Shown here piece by piece: positions 1 to 15,574 of a stretch of 64,000 nt of DNA. The stretch lies in assembly GCA_964016885.1 (NCBI GenBank), contig OZ024749.1, positions 26,164,001-26,228,000 on the forward strand. The letters run 5' to 3'. Made by a program: the position numbers and the translations under genes. The notes beneath the pieces were generated by a model. That model worked only from the letters and a program-made list of their open reading frames with translations, searched no databases and was not told the DNA's origin. How positions within the stretch are numbered: position 1 is the stretch's first letter; each line of letters starts with the position of its first letter. This DNA comes from Eledone cirrhosa. Taxonomy: Eukaryota.

Positions 1-9
1 TAAAATTTA

Positions 10-200
10 TAATTGTTTCTACTATTGGCACAAGGCCAGAAAATTACCCAGTACATTACTGGTACTTTATTTTATCGACCCCGTAAGGATGAAAGGCAAA
101 GTTAACCTCGGCGGGATTTGAACTCAGAATGGCAAGAGCCGTAACTCTATGCGTCAAAGCATGGCGTCCGAACCTCTACCGATACTGCCAATCCACCGCC
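10..200 (-). mobile_element. tRNA-derived SINE (family A), full length
   Basis: A-box TGGCAGTATCGG, B-box GAGTTCAAATCC, body GCCTTTCATCCTTACGGGGTCGATAAAATAAAGTACCAG, tail GTAGAAACAATTAT. Confidence 0.9.
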
Positions 201-539
201 ATCAATGGTATTAGAATGGTCAATGACAGTCAAGTTTGCAATTTTCAATTAACACTTTACATTTAATATTCTATCATACTATTTCATTCTAATACCATTA
301 TAAATTTTAAAGGATTGTAAATAAAACGAGTAAATTAGACAAAGTTGGAATTCCTTTTATTAATATAATCTTCTATACACAATCATACACACCCGTGTAT
401 ATTTATATATATATATATATATATATATAAACGTGTGTACATACATTGTGTGTGGTGGTGGGGAAACAGAGATGAATAGATAGATAAATAGACAGACAGA
501 CAGGCAGACAGGTAGGCAGTCTGCCAGGCGTGCAGACAC

Positions 540-589
<50 letters not shown>

Positions 590-821
590 CTTTCTTTTTA
601 TTTGCCACCAGGGCATCAAAAGAAGGGGACATTTACACAGTGGGGGAGTTTACATAAATCGAGTAAAGAAAAAAGGAATAACAATAATAATATAACAATA
701 AAAAGTCCTCAAAAGGGAGGGGGCGTGTTGGGGATTGCACATACCCCCGAAAAGTGTGCAACTCTTTTCGCGGGGGAAGCCCAGAGAGGAGGCGCTCCCC
801 CTTTCCTCTTCACTTCTTCAC

Positions 822-3800
822 CTACAGAACAATGTAGAGAGAAGGCCCATTTACACGGGCCATTCTCGCTTCTTTCACCCACCTTTCATAAAACTGTCTG
901 GGACCAAGCACTTCTCTCTCCATCCTGATTCTTCTTCCGAAGTGGTATCGGAAGAAGTAAACCAGGTGATGGCCGGAGAGAAAGTCACCCGACCTCAGAC
1001 CTTTCAGGCGCGTCCACCACACAACCTCTTTCATCATGGCTATTACGCACAGAAAGACCGCCTCTGCTTCATTTCTGAAGGGAGGAGGCGGCTTGATGTT
1101 CACCACAGACTCGGCGGTTAATCGAATCGGCGCCACACGCGACAGCAGTCGTTCGACGTAGCCCCACAGATCGGCAACGCCCGGGCAGTGTACCAGTGCA
1201 TGCGCAACGGTTTCCTCGTCGCGCACGCATCTGGGACAGATCTTTTTCGCGGGATCCCTGCCCGGGCGCCCGTGTCTGTAGAGCTTTTCTCGAACGGGCA
1301 GAGCCCCCCGGTAACACTGCCAGGCTAGGGACCTCTGGAAGTTGTCCATGGGTCCCGGGCCGAAAGTTCTACCGAACAGGCTGGCCAGTTCGTCCTCCTC
1401 CATGCCTAGCGACTCTCCAAGGGTGTCGTCGCCCCTGCTAGCCACCAACCCTCTATAGAATGTCGAGGTGGATTCTCCACTGACAGTCGGGTCCGCTTGC
1501 CAGATAGCCGTGAGCGCCTGGGCACACTCAGTGTGCCAGTTGCCCAGTTTTCTCGGTCTTTGCTTCACCCAGGATTGCAGTTCGGTGAGCGAGACGAGCT
1601 GTGGGAAGGCTCGCCTCACAAACGGGGCCCACACCGGCTGACCGTTGAGGAATACCTGTAGATGCCGTAGCCTCAATGCGTGCCTACGCATCAACAGCCA
1701 CGGCATACCCAGCCCTCCTTTCGAAGGGTGCTGGCAGCAGATGGATCTCCTCACCATGGGAGGCCGCTTCTTCCAGAGGAACTGGAAGAGCATGCGTTCC
1801 ATGATGGTGAGCTTTTCCTTGGGGCAAGGCACGACGGTCAGGCGGTAGTAGATGACGGACGCTATGTAAGCGTTCGTCACCTCCGCCCGACCTTTCAGTG
1901 ATAGTTTGCACTTGGCCCACTTCTGGGTCAGCGCAAACACCCTGCTCGTCACCTCGCCCCAATTCTTCTCCACCTGGAGGTCCGGTCCGAACCAGACCCC
2001 GAGCAGCTTCACCGGGCCCTCCGTCCACCGCCCGACGACACCGTCTAACGGCATCGGTTTGCCCCTCCACGTTCCGAGTTGCAAACCGACTGACTTGTCC
2101 TGGTTCAGCTTAGCCCCCGTCAGCCTTTCGTATTCCTCCAGTAGGGTGGCGATCGCCCCGATTTCCGAGGCGTTCGCCACCATTACTGTTACGTCGTCGG
2201 CATAGGCCGAGACCGCTTTGTGCAATCCCGGTTCCAGGGGTATGCCCCGCAGCAACTCCAACTTCCGCAGCAGTGGCTCGAGAGTCAATACGTACAGAAG
2301 GGAGGAGAGGGGGCACCCCTGTCTGATGGATCGGGTGATTTGAAACGGCTCCGAGAGGTAGCCGTTTACTTTAATCCTAGAGTAGATGTTGCCACTGTGC
2401 ATGGCAGAAATCCAGCCCCTGAAAACGGGTCCGAAGCCCGCCGCCGCTAGCACCGCATCCAGGTAACCATGGTCGACCCTATCGAACGCCTTAGATTGAT
2501 CCAAGTTGATCAGGGCCCCACCAAAGCCGGGTTCGTAGCCAACCCTCTCTATGATGTATCGCATGAGGTGGAGGTTGTCGTGAATGGACCTGGACGGGAT
2601 AGCGCATGTCTGCGCGTCTCCCACCAAACCACCCACCACAAGCGCCAACCTCTTCGCCAACACCTTGGCCAAAATCTGTAACTCTGCATTCAGCAGAGTT
2701 ATGGGCCTAAAGTTACTTAAGTCGTCCCCCTTGCTCTCGTCCTTCCTCACTAGCGTGACCACGCCCTTGGTCACAGAACAGGGAATTCTCCCGTTCTGTT
2801 GCCAGTTGCAATAGACAGCCTCGAGGAGTTCGGAGAACAAGACCGGCATAGCTAAATAAAGTTCGTATGGTAGACCATCGAGACCCGGGGATTTGCGTCT
2901 GCTGCATTGGCTGAGCGCTTCCCCGATTTCAGTGGCTGTGATTGGCCCTTCGCAGCACTCCGCTTCGCCGCTCGAAAGACGCGGTAGACCGTCGAGGTAT
3001 GGACCGAAGTCCACATCCCCGTCCGGCCCCCCGCCACCTCCGAACAGTCGAGCAAAGTGCCTTTGAAAGGTCTCGCACATTCGCTCAGGTTCAAGGATCA
3101 GCCGTCCATCCTGGTCTCGCAAAGACCGAATGGTGGATTTAATCCCACTCTTGGCTTCTGTCACGCGGGCCCAGCTAACAGCTTTGGTCCCCTCGTTTCC
3201 TAAAGCACGTATTTTACTTCGGACAACGCAGCCTTCGTGCTTCGCGTCAAAGAACTGGCTCAATGCCGTTCTCGTCGCTAACACTCTGGCTACGTCTCCG
3301 CTCCTAATCGCCTCTTCTAGTTTATCTGTTAACTCCCTTTCCCTCCTATTTCTATTCGCCGCTAGTTCCTTACTGTAACCTATCGAACTTACTCTAATCT
3401 CTCTCTTTAGAGATATCCACCACCTACTGTTGACGATCGCTCCCGCCAACCGCATCTTAACTAAGCTACTAATCCGGTTTCTGTAATCTTTCTTTGTCGG
3501 TAAGGACAAGTTCATCTTCCAGTAACCGGGACCCTGTCTATGCGTTCTATCAAGGTTGACCACGCAGGTCACTAATTTGTGATCTGAATAGCCAACCATG
3601 ATCAGTTCTGGACAACTAAATACGTCCCTATCCTTACTCCTAACCAAAAACCTATCTAGGTACGATCTAGATTGTCCACTGCGGTTTGCCCAGGTCCAGG
3701 TTGTCGCAGTTGGACAATCTAGTCGAAATCTATCGACCAGGTCTAATCGATTGAGTAACCCCTTGAGGCTGCTACACCCCCCTCTATCGGGACATGCCCC

Positions 3801-4264
3801 TGCATAGTCCCAACGCGCATCTAGGATTCCATTCCAGTCCCCCACTAAAAGCAGGGAACGCGACGTTCCTAGAAAAGTCTCCAGACGCTGGAAGAAGTCG
3901 GCTCTTTCCGCCCCGAAGGGAGCATAAAGACCGACCAGTCTGAAAGCCCCGCCTTCACCGCCTCCGACGTCCAGCACCAGTAATCGACCCCCCGGGTCCG
4001 AGTGAACAATCTGTACGTCGAGAGTCAGACGTTTATCCAGCAGTACGGCAACTCCCCCCCCCCCCCGCCTCCGGGTTGACAGAGAGATGCGTGCATCTCA
4101 AAGTCATCGAAGGCGGGCGCCAGCTGTCTCACGCTGCTGATCCGACTCTCGCAAACAACCATCACATCTATGCTTTGTGACCTGAGGTCACTTAGAAGCT
4201 TTGCTTGCTTCCAAGCTGAGCTCAGGCCACGCGCGTTCAAACAGCCTACTCTCAATTGATCTAT
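822..4264 (-). CDS. ORF2: APE endonuclease / reverse transcriptase; one frameshift at the G13 run (plus-strand C run 4054-4066)
   Basis: ORFs 4025-4255 (LRVGCLNARGL, ESR) and 822-3977 (GDWN, YLDR, SDH, KSPGLDG, NFRPITLLN, DQSKAFD, QGCPLS, YADD, CPRC..H...C) join across the homopolymer. No ATG; in-frame ATA at 4264. Confidence 0.92.
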
Positions 4265-6088
4265 TTTGGTGTTGAAAGTGAAGAAAGAAAAGCACTTACC
4301 TCTCCGGGTTGCGTAATTTCCATGGCATCAGGTGTGTTGGGTGGAGGGATATTTTGTGGTGGTGTTGGGGTACACGTGTGTGGTGGGGTTGGGGTATTTG
4401 GAGTTGTGTCAGGGAGAGGGGCGGTTATGGGGAAATCTTTCAAGAGGACGCGATTCAACGGTTTTAAACAGGGGGGGCTCACGTCCCGTCTAAATTGTTC
4501 TTTTAAGGAACGATAAAGGTCCAGAGGGACCTTTATCATTTTTAAATGGGTGAAGTTCTCTGTTGAGATAAAGTTTGGCCCTTCGGTCTGCACCATAGGG
4601 TTATTGTTTATTAATTTAACCAGTTTTTTGTTTTCTTTATTTATATATGTGTATTGCAACGTCTTTTTTTGTGATGCTGTCAATGTTTCGGAGAGGGGAG
4701 GCGCAGATTTATTTTTGTTTGTTGAGGGTGGGGTGTTTTTGATTGGAGTTGGTGTTTGTGTGTGGGTTATTTGTGGTGTGCTGGGTGTGTGTTTTCTTTT
4801 TTTTCTTTTAACTTGTCTGAAGGCTTCTCCTCCTTCTTCTTCAGAAGTTGGGGGAAACTCTTCAGCGCTAGGTGGGAGGGACGTGTTGTGTGGTTGTTTT
4901 TTTTTTTGCGGGAGGGGTAGATTTGTTACTGTTTTTTTTATTATTTGTTTGGAATGGGTTTTGTGGTGGTGGTGGTAATGTTTGTGTCGTGCTTGTGGTT
5001 GGTGATGGTGGTGTTTGTGTTGTGGTTGGTGGTAGTGGTTTTTGTGTCGTGCTTGTGTTTGGTGCTGGTGGTGGTGATGTTTGTGTTGTGTTTGTGGTTG
5101 GTGGTGTCTGTATTTTGTTTGCTGTGTGTGGTATTAGTGTATTTTTGGAGGTGGGTAGTGTTGGTGTACTGTTTGTGGTGGGTGTGGGCAATAGTCCTTT
5201 TTGGGGGATACGTTTCGGGCAGTTAGCCTTAACGTGTCCCCTTTCCATGCATAAATAGCATGCTGGTCTTCTCCCCTCTACAATTATGTCTATTGGGGTA
5301 AGGTCATCCAGCCAGATGCGATCCGGGATTTGTGCTATACTTTCGGGCCTCATTTGGACTAGTATGTCGAGGCCCATTCCCAGGAACGCATCTCCAGTTG
5401 CCTTCCCCATTGACAGCATTGTGTCTTCGCCCATATCAATGAAGCCAGCAATAGCCCACCAGAAGTCCATTGTGGGCAGCATTGTTTTTACTTTTACTCT
5501 CTGTGTTCTTCTACCCATGTAGGAGGGATAGAAGCTATATGTTGTCGATGAGAGTGGGCTTAAGGAAAGCTTCTCCGCCGTTTCCTTGTCTCTTGTTAGG
5601 ACCGAAATGCTGCCATAGAGTCGGTCCTTTCGTATGAAGAGAATATTTTTCATATAGTCTTTTAGGACTAACTCTATTTCCATTTGGCTGGGCTGTGCTG
5701 GCTTTCTTGTCTGGTTCAGTATAGTTCTGTAGAGAACTGTGTTTTCTGCTCTGGCTTTCTTGAATTCTGGGGGGGAGTTAATGGAAAACATTCCGTTCTC
5801 CCCCAAAACAATGTGTTTCTTTGCTTCGGCCAGTTTTTCTCTGGCGGCAGTTAGGTCAATTGGTGTGTATGTAATGGATTGTTTTGTTTTCTGGGCGAAA
5901 GTTGCCCTGTTGTTATTTGTATTATTTTCTGTTTGTTTGTTTTCTGTTTGCTCATTTTCCTTAACATTTGTTTTTTCATTTTCTTTGTTTGTTTCATTGT
6001 GTAATTTTGTTGTAATTATTTTTTGTTCTTCAGACTTGGGGGGCGTGGCAGAGCTAATGGCAGACATGTCTGCCATCTTTTCCGCCAT
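4261..6088 (-). CDS. ORF1: gag-like nucleic-acid-binding protein with zinc knuckle; one frameshift in an A-run near 4897-4940
   Basis: ATG at 6088; CYLCMERGHVKANC knuckle; P/T-rich linker; the alternative frame reads open from ~4895 (PHNTSLPPSAEEF...) into ORF 4261-4683. Confidence 0.85.
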
Positions 6089-6289
6089 GCTGCCAAGAAA
6101 GAAATTTTTCGGCAAAAATAGATATTTATTTTACCCCCTAAAAAGGGGGTAAATGCAAAAATGTTTCCCTAAAAAACAGGGGTTAGTGTTCCAAATGTGT
6201 TGCACTGAAAAATTTATCCGGTACTTACAATAGTAAGGATAAATCCCGATGGAATAGCGGAGCCGATGTGAAGCGTGTCTTACTATATC

Positions 6290-6327
<38 letters not shown>

Positions 6328-6329
6328 TA

Positions 6330-6708
6330 TTTCTTTATTAGCCACAGGGGCACAAAAGAAGGGGACAAATACAAAGGGGGAAGTTTACATACAATAAAAA
6401 CGTGTAAAATGTTATCACAGATGGAATTTAAAAGTTAGTCGATTTTCCCCAATAGAGGGAGACAGTTTATATGGGTAACACAGACCCCCGAAAAAAATGT
6501 GCAACCCTCATCTCCAGGAGTACGAAGAGCTTGTACTCCCTTCCTCTCCTCCTCCTTTTCCTCAACCTACAGGCTGATATAGAGAGAAGGCCCATTCACT
6601 CGGGCCATTCTCGCCACTTTCACCCACCTTTCATAAAACTTGCTGGGGTACAGCACCTCTCTCTCCATCCTGATTCTTCTTCCAAAGTGGTATTTGAAAA
6701 AAAGAATC

Positions 6709-6710
<2 letters not shown>
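6330..6710 (-). mobile_element. 5'-truncated Tx1-like copy E2 (ORF2 C-terminus + 3'UTR)
   Basis: Homologous to 590-965 and nearly identical to 26420-26792; (GATA)n on both sides. Confidence 0.9.
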
Positions 6711-6747
<37 letters not shown>

Positions 6748-6814
6748 CAGATAGATTTGATGGATGGCTCTTCTCACGCTATTCTGACATAACTCACTTT
6801 AAAACTTTTTTGTA

Positions 6815-10580
<3,766 letters not shown>

Positions 10581-10714
10581 TATATTGCGTTTAGGTCTAT
10601 ATATTGTTGGCGTTTTTGCTTGTATTTATTCTGACGGATATATTTTCTGAAACGTAGTTTCATCTGACCAATTACTTCAGTTTATGTATTTATTTGGGTA
10701 GACATTTATTTGTT

Positions 10715-11260
10715 TGTCATCATCATCATCAGCAGCAGCAGCAGCAGGAACAGCAGCAACAGTTGCAGCTACAGCAGCTACATCATCACCACCATCATCA
10801 TCATTATCGTCATCATCATCGTCATCATAGCCACCATCATCATCATCAACACCATCGTCATCACTATCGACAACATCATCGCCATCCTTACCACCATCAT
10901 CATCATCACCACCACCATCATCATCATCACCACCATCATCATTACCACCATCATCATCATCACCACCATCATCATCACCATCATCATCCCCACGACCATC
11001 ATCATCACCACCACCATCATCATCCCACCACCATCATCATCACCACCATCATCCCCACCACCATCATCATCACCACCATCATCCCCACCACCATCATCAT
11101 CACCACCACCATCATCATCACGACCACCATCATCATCACCACCATCATCACGACCACCATCATCATCCCCACCATCATCATCACCACCACCATCATTATC
11201 ACCACCATCATCATCACCAACACCATCATCATCATCATCATCAACACCATCATTATTATC
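10715..11260. repeat. (CAG/CAT/CAC)n trinucleotide field; similar fields at 12000-12560 (GGT), 42815-43660 (CAC/AAC) and 48678-48950 (GAT)
   Basis: Directly visible. Confidence 0.9.
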
Positions 11261-11269
11261 AACTTTGCA

Positions 11270-11981
11270 GGGTGGTGAATTGTCAGTATCAGTAGAGGGC
11301 CGGACGCCATGCTTTGACGCAAAGAGTTACGGCCCTTGCCATTCTGATTTCAAATCCCGCCGAGGTTAACTTTGCCTTTCATCCTTACGGGGGTCGATAA
11401 AATAAAGTACCAGTAATGTACTGGGGTAATTGCTGGCCTTGTGCCAAAAGTAGAAACAACTATTATCGTCATCATCATCGCCATCCTCAGCATCGTCATC
11501 TTCAGCACCATCATCATCATCATCAACATCCTCATCATCATACTCTTCACCATCTTCACCATCTTACCATCATCATCATTATAATCATCATCATTACCAT
11601 CATCAACATTATTATTAGTAGTATAAGGGCGGTGGACGCCATGCTTTCTAGCATAGAGTTACGGCCCTTGCCATTCTGAGTTCAAATCCCGCCGACGTTA
11701 ACTTTGCCTTTCATCCTTTCGGGGTCGATAAAATAAAGTACCAGTAATACACTGGGGTGATTGCCAAAAGTAGAAACTTTATTATTATTATTACTATAAT
11801 CATCAATAATAATTTCTACTTTTGGCACAAGGCCAGCAACTAACTAGTGTATTACTGGTACTTTATTTTATCGACCCTGTAAGGATGAAAGGCAAAGTTA
11901 ACCTCGGCGGGATTTGAACTCAGACCGTAAAGGGACGTAACTGTGCTGGAAAGCATGTCCGACCCTCTACCGATACTGCCA
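11270..11981. mobile_element. Three SINE-A copies (11270-11463 +, 11627-11778 +, 11812-11981 -)
   Basis: Direct similarity to 10-200. Confidence 0.88.
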
Positions 11982-12928
11982 ATTATTAATAATTATGATG
12001 GTACTAGTGTTGTTGTTGTTAATGTTGCGGCAGTTATGGTGGTGGTGGTGACGTTGGTCGTGGTTTAGGTGGTGGTGGCGTTAGTGGTAGGGGTTTTGGT
12101 GGTGGTAGTGTTGGTGGTGGTGGTGGTTCTGGTTGTGGTGGTGGTTTAGCTGGTAGAAGTGGTGGTGGTGGTTTAGGTCGTAGTGGTTTAGCTGGTAGTG
12201 GTGGTGGTGGTGGTGGTGATGGTGGTTGTTGTTGGTGGTGTTTGTTTAGGTGGTAGTGGTGGTGTTGGTGTTGATGTCAGTGGTGGTGTTGGTGTTGATG
12301 TTAGTGGTGGTGGTAGTGCTGGTGGTGGTTTAGGTGGTAGTGGTTTAGCTGGTAGTGGTGGTGGTGGTGGTGATGGTGGTAGTGTTGTTGGTGGTGTTTG
12401 TTTAGGTGGTAGTGGTGGTGGTGGTGGTAGTGATATTAGTGGTGATGTTGGTGTTGATGTTAGTGGTGGTGGTAGTGCTGGTGGTGGTTTAGGTGGTAGG
12501 GGTGGTAGTGGTAGTGGTGGTGGTAGTGGTGGTAGTGGTGGTGGTGTAGGTGGTAATGGTAGTATTAGCTACTGTTGTTGTCTATTGTATTATGTCTATG
12601 TTTCTATATTCCTAGTTTCTGTTGTCAGATATATCTTCCTTCATGTATCTGGGGACATAACTCTATATTCCCCTTACTCTCTCTCTCACTTTCTCTTTCT
12701 CTCCTTCACTCTATCTTTCCCTCTCTCCCTCTTTCTCTTTCTCTCATTCACTCTATCTTCTCCTCTCCCCATCTTTCTCTTTCTCTCCCCTTTCTTTCTC
12801 TCCGTCTCTCTATCTTCCCCTCTCTCCCTCTTTCTCTTTCTGTCCTTCACTTTATCTTCCCCTCTCTCCCACTTTCTCTTTCTGTCCTTCACTCTATCTT
12901 CCCCTCTCTCCCTCCTTCTCTCTATCTT

Positions 12929-12965
<37 letters not shown>

Positions 12966-13279
12966 CTCCCTCTTTCTCTTTCTCTCGCCCTTTCTTTCTC
13001 TCCTTCTCTCTAAACTTCCCCTCCCTCTCTCCATCTTTCTCTCTCTTTTTCCCCTCTCTCTTGTTCTTTCTCCCTCCTTCTAAATCTCTCTCTCTTACTC
13101 TCTCTCTCTCTCTCTCTCTCTTCTTTTCATTCCGTATGAAACATTATGTGTGAATGTGTGTGTGTATGTTCTGTGCTCAGACAGACACATAAACACGTAC
13201 ATACACACATACATGCATACATATATACATGTATGTATATATATATATATACTTATGTATGTATGTATGCATGTGTGTT

Positions 13280-13975
13280 TGTGTGAGTGTTCACGTATGT
13301 GTGTGTATGTATTTCTATCTATCCATACCACAATATAACTGTGTGTGTCTATAAGAGTGTGTATGTGTGTGCTCCACGTATGTGTGTGTGTGTGTTGTTT
13401 GTGTGAGTGTTCACGTATGTGTGTATATGTATTTCTATATATCCATACCACAATATAACTGTGTCCATAAGAGTGCGTATGTGTGTGTTTGTGTATGTGC
13501 TCATGTATGTGTGTGTATGTATTTCTATATATACATGCCACAATATGACTGTGTGTGAGTGTTCACGTATGTATGTATGTATGTATTTCTATATATATAT
13601 CCAAACCTTAATATGACTGTGTGTATGTATGTGTTCACGTATGTGTGTGTTTGTATTTCTATATATCCATACCACAATATAACTGTGTCCATAAGAGTGC
13701 GTATGTGTGTGTTTGTGTATGTGCTCATGTATGTGTGTGTATGTATTTCTATATATACATGCCACAATATGACTGTGTGTGAGTGTTCACGTATCTATGT
13801 ATGTATGTATTTCTATATATATATCCAAACCTTAATATGACTGTGTGTATGTATGTGTTCACGTATGTGTGTGTATGTATTTCTATATATCCATACCACA
13901 ATATGACTTTGTGTGAGTGTTGAGTTATGTGTGTATGTATTTCTATATATATACATGCCACAATATGACTGTGTT
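13280..13975. repeat. Higher-order minisatellite, 224-bp period
   Basis: ATCCATACCACAATAT at 13441, 13665 and 13889; built from shorter related subunits. Confidence 0.8.
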
Positions 13976-14837
13976 GTGTCCTTGGTGTGTCACATAGTCC
14001 TGTAATGGCTGCTCATTAGTGAAGTCATACGTGTAGTTTGGATATTAGACAGTAAAACTGGTACCACCATGTTGTTAGGTCATGTTTGATTCATATGGTT
14101 GGATAACCGGCTAAACTATCGTTAGTGCCGTATCAATATATGGACAGAGGGAGGGTGAGAGGCAGATAGGCATAGACGTATACAACTAGATACACACACA
14201 CACACACACATATATACACACACACAGACACACACAGACATACACATATATATATATATATGCGTGTGTGTGTGTGTGTGTGTGTATGTGTCTGTGTGTG
14301 CGGGTGTGTGTGAGTTACTATATGCGTGTGAATATACACATACATTTTTACATATATATATTCATATATATAGAGAGAGAGAGGGGGAGGGAGAGAGATA
14401 GAGAGAGGATAGAGAGAGAGGGGAAGAGAGAGAGAGGGGGTGAGATATATATATATATAGAGAGAGAGAGATGGAGAGAAGGTGAAATTGGAAATAGCAC
14501 AGAAAATATATTTAAGGATCTGTTTTTCTTTTTTTTTTTCCTTCTTTGATTCCTCAAAGTGACATTATTGAAAAGATGAGTGGGACAATTCTTTTAAAAA
14601 AGAATTTTATAATGTATATAAAATATATAAAGTATAACCGGTTTCGATCTATCAGTGAAATCGATCTTATCAAATGTTGAGTATTACAATTAAAAATAAT
14701 TAATAAGTATTAAAAATTAAAGATTTAATATTAAGTGTTGAGGCGGCGAATTTAACAGACCTGTACGCAGAAATTTCTTCCGGTTCTGCCCCTGCTCACT
14801 CCCTTCTATATTTCTAGTTCTTCTTTAATTTCTCAAT

Positions 14838-14878
14838 CTATTCTCTGATGAAGGACTAACGTCCGAAACGTTGGAACT
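14838..14878 (+). ncRNA. Minimal type I hammerhead ribozyme (PLE type)
   Basis: TTCT-CTGATGA-A-GGAC taac GTCC-GAAACGTT-GGAA. Confidence 0.72.
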
Positions 14879-14953
14879 TTCCTAATATATTAAGCGTGAA
14901 ACTGAAATATAACTTCATTGAACTTCACCGTGCGTTGTGTTTTTCAGTTTACT

Positions 14954-15003
<50 letters not shown>

Positions 15004-15454
15004 TGTGTGTGTGTGTGTGTGTATGTGTCTGTGTGTGCGGGTGTGTGTGTGTTACTATATGCGTGTGAATATGTGTGTGTCAGCGTTACTATGTGTGTAT
15101 GTGTACGTGTGAGTGTGCGTACGTGTGAGAGTGTATATGTGCATGTGAGTGTGTATATGTACGTGTGAATGTGGATGTGTGCGTGTGAATGTGTATGTGT
15201 GTGTGTGTGTGTACGAGTGAGTGTATATGTGTACGTGAGAGTGTGTATGTGTACGTGTGTGTGTATGTATGTATGTATGTATGAGTGTATGTGTGAATGT
15301 GTGTATATATGTACGTGTCAGTATGTATATGTACGTGTGTATATGTGAATACGTGTGATTGTGTGTATGTGTGTATATATGTGCGTGTGAGTGTGTGTAT
15401 GTGCATAAGTGTGTGTGTATATGTACGTGTGAGTGTGTGTGTGTGTACGTGTGA

Positions 15455-15485
<31 letters not shown>

Positions 15486-15574
15486 TATGAGTGTGAGTAT
15501 GTGTATAAGTGTGTGTGTGTATGTACGTGTGTGTGTGTATGTGTGTGTGTGTACGTGTGTGTGAGTGTGTGTAA

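Larger units (their letters stand above)
590..6290 (-). mobile_element. Full-length Tx1-group (L1 clade) non-LTR retrotransposon, copy E1
   Basis: 5'UTR, ORF1 with CCHC knuckle, ORF2 with APE endonuclease + RT + CCHC, 3'UTR ending AATAAAAAGAAAGT directly into (TATC)n; (GATA)n on both flanks (540-588 and 6291-6326). Confidence 0.92.

Noticed and set aside
602-3807. Short antisense and alternative-frame ORFs overlapping E1 ORF2
   Set aside because: Shadow ORFs of a GC-rich coding sequence.
4261-4299. 39-nt intron fusing ORF1 to ORF2
   Set aside because: Splicing at the nearest AG gives a stop after two codons and the intron would be very short; only the donor motif is retained as a finding.
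10694-11369. Poly-His/Gln and Pro/Ser ORFs
   Set aside because: Trinucleotide microsatellites open in several frames on both strands, running into a SINE.
12198-13153. Gly-rich and Leu/Ser-rich ORFs
   Set aside because: (GGT)n and (CT)n simple repeats.
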